The position numbers were made by a program, and so were the translations under genes. A model generated the notes under the pieces. That model was not told the DNA's origin. It ran no database searches and was given only the letters and a program-made list of their open reading frames with translations. From Squalus acanthias (lineage: Eukaryota): a stretch of DNA of 64,000 nucleotides. Shown here piece by piece: positions 12,780 through 27,600 of the stretch. Location: assembly GCA_030390025.1 (NCBI GenBank), contig JASTWF010000353.1, forward strand, positions 310,001 to 374,000, given 5' to 3'. Within the stretch, counting starts at the first letter, position 1. Every line of letters starts with the position of its first letter.

Positions 12780-15000
12780 CATCAAACACTCCCAGAGCAG
12801 GTATGGCAAGGGTTAGATACAGAGTAAAGCTCCCTCAACACTGTCCCATCAAACACGCCCAGAGCAGGTTTGGCAAGGTTTAAATACAGAGTAAAGCTCC
12901 CTCCACACTGTCCCATCAAACACTACCAGGGCAGGTATGGCAAGGGTTAGATGCAGAGTAAAGCTCCCTCTACACTGTCTGATCAAGAACTCCCAGGGCA
13001 GGTACAGCATGGGTTAGATACAGAGTAAAGCACCCTCTACACTGTCCCATCAAATACTCCCAGGGCAGGTACAGCACGGGTTAGATACAGAGTAAAGCTC
13101 CCTCTACACTGTCCCCATCAAACACTCCCACGGCAGGTGCAGCACGGGATGGATAGAGAGTAAAGCTCCCTCTACACTGTCCCCATCAAACACTCCCAGG
13201 GCAGGTACAGCACGGGTTAGATACAGATTAAAGCTCCCTCCACACTGTCCCATCAAACACTCCCAGGGCAGGTACAGCTCAGTGTTAGGTACAGAGTAAA
13301 GCTCCCTCTACACTCTCCCATCAAATAATCCCGGGGCAGGTACAGCACGGGTTAGATACAGGGTAAAGCTCCCTCTACACTGTCCCATCAAACACTCCCA
13401 GAGCAGGTATGGCAAGGGTGAGATTCAGAGTAAAGCTCCCTCTACACTGTCCCATCAAACACTCCCAGAGCATGTATGGCAAGGGTTAGATACAGAGTAA
13501 AGCTCGCTCAACACTGTCCCATCAAACATGCCCAGAGCAGGTATGGCATGGGTTAGATACAGAGTAAAGCTCCTTCTACACTCTCCGAACAATAACTCCC
13601 AGGGCAGGTACAGCACGGGTTAGATACAGAGTAAAGCGCCCTCCACACTGTCCCATCAAACACTCCCGGGGCAGGCACTGCACGGGTTAGATACAGAGTA
13701 AAGACCCCTCTACACTGTCCCATCAAACACTCGCGGGGCATGCACAGCATGGGGCAGATACAGAGTAAAGCTCCCTCTACACTGTCCCATCAAACACTCC
13801 CAGGGCAGGTACAGCACGGGTTAGATACAGAGTAAAGCTGCCTCTACACTGTCCCATCAAACACTCCCAGGGCAAGTACAGCCTGGGTTAGATACTCAGT
13901 AAAGATCCCTCTACACTGTACCAACAAACACTCCCAGGGCAGCGACAGCATGGGTTAGATACAGAGAAAAGCTCCTTCTACACTGTCCTATCAAACACTC
14001 CCAATGCAGTTACAGCACGGGTTAGATACAGAGTAAAGCTCCCTCTACACTGTCCTATCAAACACTCCCAGGGCAGGTACAGCACGGGTTAGATACAGAG
14101 TAAGATCCGTCTTCACTGACCCATCAAACACTCCCAGGGCAGGTACAGCCTGGGTTAGATACACAGTAAAGATCCCTCTACACTGTACCATCAAACACTT
14201 CCACGGCAGGTACAGCACGGGTTAGATACAGAGTAAAGCTCCCTCCAAACTGTCCCATCAAACACTCCCAGGGCAGTTACAGCACGGGTTAGATACAGAG
14301 CAAAGCTCCCTCTACACTGTCCCATCAAACACTCTCATGGCCGGGACAGCATGGGTTAGATACAGAGTAAAGCTCCCTCTGCACTCTCCCATCAAACACT
14401 CTCATGGCCGGGACAGCATGGGTTAGATACAGAGTAAAGCTCCCTCTGCACTCTCCCATCAAACACTCCCAGGGCAGTTACAGCACGGGTTAGATACAGA
14501 GTAAATCTCCCTCTACACTGTCCCATCAAACACTCCCAATGCAGTTACAGCACGGGTTAGATACAGAGTAAAGCACCCTCCACACTGTCCCATCAAACAC
14601 TCCCAGGGCAGTTACAGCACGGGTTAGATACAGAGTATAGCTCCCTCTACACTGTCCCATCAAACACTCCCAGGGCAGGGACAGCATGGGTTAGAAACAG
14701 AGTAAAGCTCCCTCTACACTGTCTCATCAAACACTCCCAGGGCAGGTACAGCACGGGTTAGATACAGGGTAAACCTCACTCTACACTGTCCCGTCCAACA
14801 CTCCCAGGGCAGATACAGCACGGGTTAGATACAGAGTAAAGCTCCCTCTACAAGCTCCCATCAAACACTCCCGGGGCAGGTACAGCACGGGTAAGAGCCA
14901 GGGTAAAGCTCCCTCTACACTGTCCCATCAAACACTCCTAGAGCAGGTACAGCATGGGTTAGATACAGAGTAAAGCTCCTTCTACACTGTCCCATCAAAC

Positions 15001-15134
15001 TTCACCTGAGGAAGGAGCAATCGATAGCTCCGAAAGCTTGTGATTTCAAATAAAACTGTTGGACTATAACCTGGTGTTGTGCGACCTCTCAATTTTGTCC
15101 ACCCCAGTCCAACACCGGCATCTCCGCATCATCA
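15001..15134 (+). mobile_element. 134-bp Penelope pLTR fragment with intact minimal hammerhead motif
   Basis: tcac-CTGAGGA-a-ggagc-aatcgata-gctcc-GAAA-gctt-gtga at 15002-15043. Flanking duplication ccatcaaac. Confidence 0.88.
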
Positions 15135-18100
15135 CCATCAAACACTCCCAGAGCAGATACAGCACGGGGTTAGATACAGAGTAAATCTCCCTCTACACTG
15201 TCCCATCAAACACACCCAGAGCAGGTATGGCAAGGGTTAGATACAGAGTAAAGCACCCTCTAACTGTCCCATCAAACACTCCCAGAGCTGGTATGGCAAG
15301 GGTTAGATACAGATTAAAGCTCCCTCTAAACTGTCCCATCAAGCACTCCCAGGGCAGGTACAGCACGGGTTTGATACCGAGTAAAGCTCCCTCTACACTG
15401 TCCCATCAAACACTCCCAGGGCAGGTACAGCACGGGTTAGATACAGTGTAAAGCTCCCTCCACACTGTCCCATCAAACACTCCCAGGGCAGGTACAGCTC
15501 GGGGTTAGATACAGAGTGAAACTCCCTCTACACTGTCCCATCAAACACTCCCGGGGCAGGCACAGCACGGGGTAGATACAGAGTAAAGCTCCCTCTACAC
15601 TGTCCCATCAAAAACTCCCAGGGCAGTTACAGCACGGGTTAGATATAGATTTAAGCTCCCTCTACACTCTCCCCATCAAACAGTCCCAGAGCAGGTACAG
15701 CACAGGTTAGATACAGAGTAAAGCTCCCTCTACACTGTCCTATCAAACACTCCCAGGGCAGGTATAGCACGGGTTAGATACAGAGTAAGATCCGTCTTCA
15801 CTGACCCATGAAACACTCCCAGGGCAGGTACAGCCTGGGTTAGATACACAGTAAAGATCCCTCTACACTGTACCATCAAACACTTCCACGGCAGGTACAG
15901 CACGGGTTAGATACAGAGTAAAGTTCCCTCCAAACTTTCCCATCAAACACTCCCAGGGCAGTTACAGCACGGGTTAGATACAGAGCAAAGCTCCCTCTAC
16001 ACTGTCCGATCAAACACTCTCATGGCCGGGACAGCATGGGTTAGATACAGAGTAAAGCTCCCTCTACACTGTCCCATCAAACACTCCCAGGGCAGTTACA
16101 GCACGGGTTAGATACAGAGTAAATCTCCCTCTACACTCTCATATCAAACAGACCCGGGGCAGGTACAGCACGGGTTAGATACAGAGTAAAGCTCCCTCTA
16201 CACTGTCCCCATCAAACACTCCCAGGGCAGGTACAGCACGGGTTAGATACAGAGTAAAGCTCCCTCTACACTGTCTCATCAAACATTCCCAGAGCAGGTA
16301 TGGCAAGGGTTAGATACAGAGTAAAGCTCCCTCCACACTGTCCCATCAAACACGCCCAGAGCAGGTTTGGCAAGGGTTAAATACAGAGTAAAGCTCCCTC
16401 CACACTGTCCCATCAAACACTACCAGGGCAGGTATGGCAAGGGTTAGATGCAGAGTAAAGCTCCCTCTGCACTTTCCGATCAAGAACTCCCAGGGCAGGT
16501 ACAGCATGGGTTAGATACAGAGTAAAGCTCCCTCTACACTGTCCCATCAAACACTCCCAGGGCAGGTACAGCACAGGTTAGATACAGAGTAAAGCTCCCT
16601 CCACACTGTCCCATCAAATACTCCCAGGGCAGGTACAGCACGGGTTAGATACAGAGTAAAGCTCCCTCTACACTGTCCCCATCAAACACTCCCACGGCAG
16701 GTGCAGCACGGGTTAGATAGAGAGTAAAGCTCCCTCTACACTGTCCCCATCAAACACTCCCAGGGCAGGTACAGCACGGGTTAGATACAGATTAAAGCTC
16801 CCTCCACACTGTCCCATCAAACACTCCCAGGGCAGGTACAGCTCAGTGTTAGGTACAGAGTAAAGCTCCCTCTACACTCTCCCATCAAATAATCCCGGGG
16901 CAGGTACAGCACGGGTTAGATACAGGGTAAAGCTCCCTCTACACTGTCCCATCAAACACTCCCAGAGCAGGTATGGCAAGGGTGAGATTCAGAGTAAAGC
17001 TCCCTCTACACTGTCCCATCAAACACTCCCAGAGCATGTATGGCAAGGGTTAGATACAGAGTAAAGCTCCCTCAACACTGTCCCATCAAACATGCCCAGA
17101 GCAGGTATGGCATGGGTTAGATACAGAGTAAAGCTCCTTCTACACTCTCCGAACAATAACTCCCAGGGCAGGTACAGCACGGGTTAGATACAGAGTAAAG
17201 CGCCCTCCACACTGTCCCATCAAACACTCCCGGGGCAGGCACTGCACGGGTTAGATACAGAGTAAAGACCCCTCTACACTGTCCCATCAAACACTCGCGG
17301 GGCATGCACAGCATGGGGCAGATACAGAGTAAAGCTCCCTCTACACTGTCCCATCAAACACTCCCAGGGCAGGTACAGCACGGGTTAGATACAGAGTAAA
17401 GCTGCCTCTACACTGTCCCATCAAACACTCCCAGGGCAGGTACAGCCTGGGTTAGATACTCAGTAAAGATCCCTCTACACTGTACCAACAAACACTCCCA
17501 GGGCAGCGACAGCATGGGTTAGATACAGAGAAAAGCTCCTTCTACACTGTCCTATCAAACACTCCCAATGCAGTTACAGCACGGGTTAGATACAGAGTAA
17601 AGCTCCCTCTACACTGTCCTATCAAACACTCCCAGGGCAGGTACAGCACGGGTTAGATACAGAGTAAGATCCGTCTTCACTGACCCATCAAACACTCCCA
17701 GGGCAGGTACAGCCTGGGTTAGATACACAGTAAAGATCCCTCTACACTGTACCATCAAACACTTCCACGGCAGGTACAGCACGGGTTAGATACAGAGTAA
17801 AGCTCCCTCCAAACTGTCCCATCAAACACTCCCAGGGCAGTTACAGCACGGGTTAGATACAGAGCAAAGCTCCCTCTACACTGTCCGATCAAACACTCTC
17901 ATGGCCGGGACAGCATGGGTTAGATACAGAGTAAAGCTCCCTCTACACTCTCCCATCAAACACTCCCAGGGCAGTTACAGCACGGGTTAGATACAGAGTA
18001 AATCTCCCTCTACACTGTCCCATCAAACACTCCCAATGCAGTTACAGCACGGGTTAGATACAGAGTAAAGCACCCTCCACACTGTCCCATCAAACACTCC

Positions 18101-18497
18101 CAGGGCAGTTACAGCACGGGTTAGATACAGAGTATAGCTCCCTCTACACTGTCCCATCAAACACTCCCAGGGCAGGGACAGCATGGGTTAGAAACAGAGT
18201 AAAGCTCCCTCTACACTGTCTCATCAAACACTCCCAGGGCAGGTACAGCACGGGTTAGATACAGGGTAAACCTCACTCTACACTGTCCCGTCCAACACTC
18301 CCAGGGCAGATACAGCACGGGTTAGATACAGAGTAAAGCTCCCTCTACAAGCTCCCATCAAACACTCCCGGGGCAGGTACAGCACGGGTTAGAGACAGGG
18401 TAAAGCTCCCTCTACACTGTCCCATCAAACACTCCTAGAGCAGGTACAGCATGGGTTAGATACAGAGTAAAGCTCCTTCTACACTGTCCCATCAAAC

Positions 18498-18631
18498 TTC
18501 ACCTGAGGAAGGAGCAATCGATAGCTCCGAAAGCTTGTGATTTCAAATAAAACTGTTGGACTATAACCTGGTGTTGTGCGACCTCTCAATTTTGTCCACC
18601 CCAGTCCAACACCGGCATCTCCGCATCATCA
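18498..18631 (+). mobile_element. Second copy of the 134-bp Penelope pLTR fragment, duplicated with the satellite block
   Basis: Matches 15001-15134 with the same flanks, 3497 bp downstream. Confidence 0.88.
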
Positions 18632-21600
18632 CCATCAAACACTCCCAGAGCAGATACAGCACGGGGTTAGATACAGAGTAAATCTCCCTCTACACTGTCC
18701 CATCAAACACACCCAGAGCAGGTATGGCAAGGGTTAGGTACAGAGTAAAGCACCCTCTAACTGTCCCATCAAACACTCCCAGAGCTGGTATGGCAAGGGT
18801 TAGATACAGAGTAAAGCTCCCTCTAAACTGTCCCATCAAGCACTCCCAGGGCAGGTACAGCACGGGTTTGATACCGAGTAAAGCTCCCTCTACACTGTCC
18901 CATCAAACACTCCCAGGGCAGGTACAGCACGGGTTAGATACAGTGTAAAGCTCCCTCCACACTGTCCCATCAAACACTCCCAGGGCAGGTACAGCTCGGG
19001 GTTAGATACAGAGTGAAACTCCCTCTACACTGTCCCATCAAACACTCCCGGGGCAGGCACAGCACGGGGTAGATACAGAGTAAAGCTCCCTCTACACTGT
19101 CCCATCAAAAACTCCCAGGGCAGTTACAGCACGGGTTAGATATAGATTTAAGCTCCCTCTACACTCTCCCCATCAAACAGTCCCAGAGCAGCTACAGCAC
19201 AGGTTAGATACAGAGTAAAGATCCCTCTACACTGTACCATCAAACACTTCCACGGCAGGTACAGCACGGGTTAGATACAGAGTAAAGTTCCCTCCAAACT
19301 TTCCCATCAAACACTCCCAGGGCAGTTACAGCACGGGTTAGATACAGAGCAAAGCTCCCTCTACACTGTCCGATCAAACACTCTCACGGCAGTTCCAGCA
19401 CGGGTTAGATACAGAGCAAAGCTCCCTCTACACTGTCCGATCAAACACTCTCATGGCCGGGACAGCATGGGTTAGATACAGAGTAAATCTCCCTCTACAC
19501 TCTCATATCAAACAGACCCGGGGCAGGTACAGCACGGGTTAGATACAGAGTAAAGCTCCCTCTACACTGTCCCCATCAAACACTCCCAGGGCAGGTACAG
19601 CACGGGTTAGATACAGAGTAAAGCTCCCTCTACACTGTCTCATCAAACACTCCCAGAGCAGGTATGGCAAGGGTTAGATACAGAGTAAAGCTCCCTCAAC
19701 ACTGTCCCATCAAACACGCCCAGAGCAGGTTTGGCAAGGGTTAAATACAGAGTAAAGCTCCCTCCACACTGTCCCATCAAACACTACCAGGGCAGGTATG
19801 GCAAGGGTTAGATGCAGAGTAAAGCTCCCTCTACACTTTCCGATCAAGAACTCCCAGGGCAGGTACAGCATGGGTTAGATACAGAGTAAAGCTCCCTCTA
19901 CACTGTCCCATCAAACACTCCCAGGGCAGGTACAGCACAGGTTAGATACAGAGTAAAGCTCCCTCCACACTGTCCCATCAAATACTCCCAGGGCAGGTAC
20001 AGCACGGGTTAGATACAGAGTAAAGCTCCCTCTACACTGTCCCCATCAAACACTCCCACGGCAGGTGCAGCACGGGTTAGATAGAGAGTAAAGCTCCCTC
20101 TACACTGTCCCCATCAAACATTCCCAGGGCAGGTACAGCACGGGTTAGATACAGATTAAAGCTCCCTCCACACTGTCCCATCAAACACTCCCAGGGCAGG
20201 TACAGCTCAGTGTTAGGTACAGAGTAAAGCTCCCTCTACACTCTCCCATCAAATACTCCCGGGGCAGGTACAGCACGGGTTAGATACAGGGTAAAGCTCC
20301 CTCTACACTGTCCCATCAAACACTCCCAGAGCAGGTATGGCAAGGGTGAGATTCAGAGTAAAGCTCCCTCTACACTGTCCGTTCAAACACTCCCAGAGCA
20401 TGTATGGCAAGGGTTAGATACAGAGTAAAGCTCCCTCAACACTGTCCCATCAAACATGCCCAGAGCAGGTATGGCAAGGGTTAGATACAGAGTAAAGCTC
20501 CCTCTACACTGTCCCATCAAACACTCCCAGAGCAGGTATGGCATGGGTTAGATACAGAGTAAAGCTCCTTCTACACTCTCCGAACAATAACTCCCAGGGC
20601 AGGTACAGCACGGGTTAGATACAGAGTAAAGCGCCCTCCACACTGTCCCATCAAACACTCCCGGGGCAGGCACTGCACGGGTTAGATACAGAGCAAAGCT
20701 CCCTCTACACTGTCCCATCAAATACTCTCATGGCCGGGACAGCATGGGTTAGATACAGAGTAAAGCTCCCTCTACACTCTCCCATCAAACACTCCCAGGG
20801 CAGTTACAGCATGGGTTAGATACAGAGCAAATCTCCCTCTACACTCTCCCATCAAACAGAGCCGGGGCAGGTACAGCACGGGTTAGATACAGAGTAAAGC
20901 TCCCTCTACACTGTCGCCATCAAACACTCCCAGGGCAGGTACAGCACGGGTTAGATACAGAGTAAAGCTCCCTCTACACTGTCTCATCAAACACTCCCAG
21001 AGCAGGTATGGCAAGGGTTAGATACAGTATAAAGCTCCCTCAACACTGTCCCATCAAACACGCCCAGAGCAGGTTTGGCAAGGGTTAAATACAGAGTAAA
21101 GCTCCCACCACACTGTCCCATCAAACACTACCAGGGCAGGTATGGCAAGGGTTAGATACAGAGTAAAGCTCCCTCTACACTGTCCCATCAAACACTCCCA
21201 GGGCAGATACAGCACGGGTTAGATACAGAGTAAAGCTCCCTCTACACTTTCCCCATCAAACACTCCCACGGCAGGTGCAGCACGGGTTAGATAGAGAGTA
21301 AAGCTCCCTCTACACTGTCCCCATCAAACACTCCCAGGGCAGGTACAGCACGGGTTAGATACAGAGTAAAGCTCCCTCCACACTGTCCCATCAAACACTC
21401 CCAGGGCAGGTACAGCTCAGTGTTAGGTACAGAGTAAAGCTCCCTCTACACTCTCCAATCAAATACTCCCGGGGCAGGTACAGCACGGGTTAGATACAGG
21501 GTAAAGCTCCCTCTACACTGTCCCATCAAACACTCCCAGAGCAGGTATGGCAAGGGTGAGATTCAGAGTAAAGCTCCCTCTACACTGTCCGTTCAAACAC

Positions 21601-24600
21601 TCCCAGAGCATGTATGGCAAGGGTTAGATACAGATTAAAGCTCCCTCAACACTGTCCCATCAAACATGCCCAGAGCAGGTATGGCAAGGGTTAGATACAG
21701 AGTAAAGCTCCCTCTACACTGTCCCATCAAACACTCCCAGAGCAGGTATGGCATGGGTTAGATACAGAGTAAAGCTCCTTCTACACTCTCCGAACAATAA
21801 CTCCCAGGGCAGGTACAGCACGGGTTAGATACAGAGTAAAGCGCCCTCCACACTGTCCCATCAAACACTCCCGGGGCAGGCACAGCACGGGTTAGATACA
21901 GAGTAAAGACCCCTCTACACTGTCCCATCAAACACTCGCGGGCATGCACAGCATGGGGCAGATACAGAGTAAAGCTCCCTCTACACTGTCCCATCAAACA
22001 CTCCCAGGGCAGGTACAGCACGGGTTAGATACAGAGTAAAGCTGCCTCTACGCTGTCCCATCAAACACTCCCAGGGCAGGTACAGCCTGGGTTAGATACT
22101 CAGTAAAGACCCCTCTACACTGTACCAACAAACACTCCCAGGGCAGATACAGCACGGGTTAGATACAGAGTAAAGCTCCCTCTACACTTTCCCCATCAAA
22201 CACTCCCACGGCAGGTGCAGCACGGGTTAGATAGAGAGTAAAGCTCCCTCTACACTGTCCCCATCAAACACTCCCAGGGCAGGTACAGCACGGGTTAGAT
22301 ACAGAGTAAAGCTCCCTCCACACTGTCCCATCAAACACTCCCAGGGCAGGTACAGCTCAGTGTTAGGTACAGAGTAAAGCTCCCTCTACACTCTCCCATC
22401 AAATACTCCCGGGCAGGTACAGCACGGGTTAGATACAGGGTAAAGCTCCCTCTACACTGTCCCATCAAACACTCCCAGAGCAGGTATGGCAAGGGTGAGA
22501 TTCAGAGTAAAGCTCCCTCTACACTGTCCGTTCAAACACTCCCAGAGCATGTATGGCAAGGGTTAGATACAGAGTAAAGCTCCCTCAACACTGTCCCATC
22601 AAACATGCCCAGAGCAGGTATGGCAAGGGTTAGATACAGAGTAAAGCTCCCTCTACACTGTCCCATCAAACACTCCCAGAGCAGGTATGGCATGGGTTAG
22701 ATACAGAGTAAAGCTCCTTCTACACTCTCCGAACAATAACTCCCAGGGCAGGTACAGCACGGGTTAGATACAGAGTAAAGCGCCCTCCACACTGTCCCAT
22801 CAAACACTCCCGGGGCAGGCACTGCACGGGTTAGATACAGAGCAAAGCTCCCTCTACACTGTCCCATCAAACACTCCAGGGCAGGTACAGCATGGGTTAG
22901 ATACAGAGTAAAGCTCCCTCTACACTGTCCCATCAAACACTCCCAGGGCAGTTACAGCAAGGGTTAGATACAGAGTAAAGCTCCCTCTACACTGTCCCAT
23001 CAAACACTCCAGGGCAGGTACAGCACGGGTTAGATACAGAGTAAAGCTCCCTCTACACTGTCCCATCAAACACTCCCAGGGCAGGTACAGCACGGGTTAG
23101 ATACAGAGTAAAGCTCCCTCTACACTGTCTCATCAAACACTCCCAGAGCAGGTAAGGCAAGGGTTAGATACAGAGTAAAGCTCCCTCAACACTGTCCCAT
23201 CAAACACTCCCAGGGCAGGTACTGCAAGGGTTAGATACAGAGTAAAGCTCCCTCTACACTGTCCCATCAAACACTCCCAGGGCAGGTACAGCAAGGGTTA
23301 GATACAGAGTAAAGCTCCCTCTACACTGTCCCATCAAACACTCCCAGGGCAGGTACAGCACGGGTTAGATACAGAGTAAAGCTCCCTCTACACTTTCCCC
23401 ATCAAACACTCCCACGGCAGGTGCAGCACGGGTTAGATAGAGAGTAAAGCTCCCTCTACACTGTCCCCATCAAACACTCCCAGGGCAGGTACAGCACGGG
23501 TTAGATACAGAGTAAAGCTCCCTCCACACTGTCCCATCAAACACTCCCAGGGCAGGTACAGCTCAGTGTTAGGTACAGAGTAAAGCTCCCTCTACACTCT
23601 CCCATCAAATACTCCCGGGGCAGGTACAGCACGGGTTAGATACAGGGTAAAGCTCCCTCTACACTGTCCCATCAAACACTCCCAGAGCAGGTACTGCAAG
23701 GGTGAGATTCAGAGTAAAGCTCCCTCTACACTGTCCGTTCAAACACTCCCAGAGCATGTATGGCAAGGGTTAGATACAGAGTAAAGCTCCCTCAACACTG
23801 TCCCATCAAACATGCCCAGAGCAGGTATGGCAAGGGTTAGATACAGAGTAAAGCTCCCTCTACACTGTCCCATCAAACACTCCCAGAGCAGGTATGGCAT
23901 GGGTTAGATACAGAGTAAAGCTCCTTCTACACTCTCCGAACAATAACTCCCAGGGCAGGTACAGCACGGGTTAGATACAGAGTAAAGCGCCCTCCACACT
24001 GTCCCATCAAACACTCCCGGGGCAGGCACTGCACGGGTTAGATACAGAGTAAAGACCCCTCTACACTGTCCCATCAAACACTCGCGGGGCATGCACAGCA
24101 TGGGGCAGATACAGAGTAAAGCTCCCTCTACACTGTCCCATCAAACACTCCCAGGGCAGGTACAGCACGGGTTAGATACAGAGTAAAGCTGCCTCTACGC
24201 TGTCCCATCAAACACTCCCAGGGCAGGTACAGCCTGGGTTAGATACTCAGTAAAGACCCCTCTACACTGTACCAACAAACACTCCCAGGGCAGCGACAGC
24301 ATGGGTTTGATACAGAGAAAAGCTCCTTCTACACTGTCCTATCAAACACTCCCAATGCAGTTACAGCACGGGTTAGAAACAGAGTAAAGCTCCCTCTACA
24401 CTGTCCTATCAAACACTCCCAGGGCAGGTACAGCACGGGTTAGATACAGAGTAAGATCCGTCTTCACTGACCCATCAAACACTCCCAGGGCAGGTACAGC
24501 CTGGGTTAGATACACAGTAAAGATCCCTCTACACTGTACCATCAAACACTTCCACGGCAGGTACAGCACGGGTTAGATACAGAGTAAAGCTCCCTCCAAA

Positions 24601-27600
24601 CTGTCCCATCAAACACTCCCAGGGCAGTTACAGCACGGGTTAGATACAGAGCAAAGCTCCCTCTACACTGTCCCATCAAATACTCTCATGGCCGGGACAG
24701 CATGGGTTAGATACAGAGTAAAGCTCCCTCTACACTCTCCCATCAAACACTCCCAGGGCAGTTACAGCATGGGTTAGATACAGAGCAAATCTCCCTCTAC
24801 ACTCTCCCATCAAACAGAGCCGGGGCAGGTACAGCATGGGTTAGATACAGAGTAAAGCTCCCTCTACACTGTCGCCATCAAACACTCCCAGGGCAGGTAC
24901 AGCACGGGTTAGATACAGAGTAAAGCTCCCTCTACACTGTCTCATCAAACACTCCCAGAGCAGGTATGGCAAGGGTTAGATACAGTATAAAGCTCCCTCA
25001 ACACTGTCCCATCAAACACGCCCAGAGCAGGTTTGGCAAGGGTTAAATACAGAGTAAAGCTCCCACCACACTTTCCCATCAAACACTACCAGGGCAGGTA
25101 TGGCAAGGGTTAGATACAGAGTAAAGCTCCCTCTACACTGTCCCATCAAACACTCCCAGGGCAGATACAGCACGGGTTAGATACAGAGTAAAGCTCCCTC
25201 TACACTTTCCCCATCAAACACTCCCACGGCAGGTGCAGCACGGGTTAGATAGAGAGTAAAGCTCCCTCTACACTGTCCCCATCAAACACTCCCAGGGCAG
25301 GTACAGCACGGGTTAGATACAGAGTAAAGCTCCCTCCACACTGTCCCATCAAACACTCCCAGTGCAGGTACAGCTCAGTGTTAGGTACAGAGTAAAGCTC
25401 CCTCTACACTCTCCCATCAAATACTCCCGGGGCAGGTACAGCACGGGTTAGATACAGGGTAAAGCTCCCTCTACACTGTCCCATCAAACACTCCCAGAGC
25501 AGGTATGGCAAGGGTGAGATTCAGAGTAAAGTTCCCTCTACACTGTCCCATCAAATACTCCCAGAGCATGTATGGCAAGGGTTAGATACAGAGTAAAGCT
25601 CACTCAACACTGTCCCATCAAACATGCCCAGAGCAGGTATGGCAAGGGTTAGATACAGAGTAAAGCTCCCTCTACACTGTCCCATCAAACACTCCCAGAG
25701 CAGGTATGGCAAGGGTTAGATACAGAGTAAAGCTCCTTCTACACTCTCCGAACAATAACTCCCAGGGCAGGTACAGCACGGGTTAGATACAGAGTAAAGC
25801 GCCCTCCACACTGTCCCATCAAACACTCCCGGGGCAGGCACTGCACGGGTTAGATACAGAGTAAAGACCCCTCTACACTGTCCCATCAAACACTCGCGGG
25901 GCATGCACAGCATGGGGCAGATACAGAGTAAAGCTCCCTCTACACTGTCCCATCAAACACTCCCAGGGCAGGTACAGCACGGGTTAGATACAGAGTAAAT
26001 CTCCCTCTACACTGTCCCATCAAACACTCCCAGGGCAGGTACAGCACGTATTAGATACAGAGTAAAGCTCCCTCTACACTGCCCCATCAAACACTCCCAG
26101 GGCAGGTACAGCAAAGGTTAGATACAGAGTAAAGCTCCTTCTACACTGTTCGATCAAACACTCCAAGGACAGGGACAGAACGTGTTAGATACAGAGTAAA
26201 ACTCCCTCTACACTGTCCAATCAAACACTCCGAGGGCAGGTACAGCACGTGTTAGATACAGAGTAAAGCTCCCTCTAGACTGTCCCATCAAACACTCCAA
26301 GGGCAGGTACAGCACGGGTTTGATACAGAGTAAAGCTCCCTCTGCACTGAACCATCAAACACTCCCAGCGCTGGTACAGCACGGGTTAGATACAGAGTAA
26401 AACTCCCTCTACACTGTCCCAAGACAGTCCCAGGGCAGGTACAGCATGGGTTTGATACAGAGTAAAGCTCCCTCTATCCTGTCCCATCAAACACTCCCAG
26501 GGCAGGTACAGCACGGGTTAGATACAGAGTAAAGCTCCCTCTACACTGTCCCATCAAACACTCCCAGGGCAGGTACAGCATGGATTAGATACAGAGTAAA
26601 GCTGCCTCTGCACTATCCCATCAAACACTCCCAGCAAGGGTTATATACAGAGTAAATATCTCTTGCAATATTCCATCAAACACTCCCAGGGCAGTTACAG
26701 AACGGGTTAAATACAGAGTAAAGCTCCCTCTACACTGTCCCATCAAACACTCCCAGGGCAGGTACAGAATGGCTTAGATACAGAGTAAAGCTCCCTCTAC
26801 ACTGTCCCATCAAACACTCCCAGGGCAGGTACAGCACGGGTTAGATACAGAGTAAAGCTCCCTCTACACTCTCCCATCAAACACTCCCAGGGCAGGTACA
26901 GCACAGGTTAGATACAGAGTAAAGGTCCTTCTACACTCTCCGATCAAACACTCCAAGGGCAGGTACAGCACGCATTAGATACAGAGTAAAGCTCCCTCTA
27001 CACTGCCCGATCAAACACTCCCAGGGCTGGAACAGCACGTGTTAGATACAGAGTAAAGCTCCCTCTACACTGCCCCATCAAACACTCCAAGGGCAGGTAC
27101 AGCACGGGTTTGATACAGAGTAAACCTCCCTCTGCACTGAACCATCAAACACTCCCAGCGCAGGTCCAGCACGGTTTAGATACAGAGTAAAACTCCCTCT
27201 ACACTGTCCCAAAACACTCCCAGGGCAGGTACAGCATGGGTTAGATACAGAGTAAAACTCCCTCTATCCTGTCCCATCAAACACTCCCAGGATATTTACA
27301 GCACGGGTTAAATACAGAGTAAAGCGCTCTCTACACTATCCCATCAAACAGTCCCAGAACAGGGACAGCACGGATTAGATACAGAGTAAAGCTCCCTCTA
27401 CACTGACCCATCAAGCACTCACAGGGCAGTTACAGCAGGGCTTAGATACAGAGTAAAGCTCCCTCTGCAATGTCCCATTAAACACTCCCAGGGCAGGTAC
27501 AGCACGGGTTAGATACAGAGTAAAGCTGCCTCTGCACTGTCCCATCAAACACTCCCAGCAAGGGTTAGATACAGAGTAAATCTCATGCAATATTCCATCA

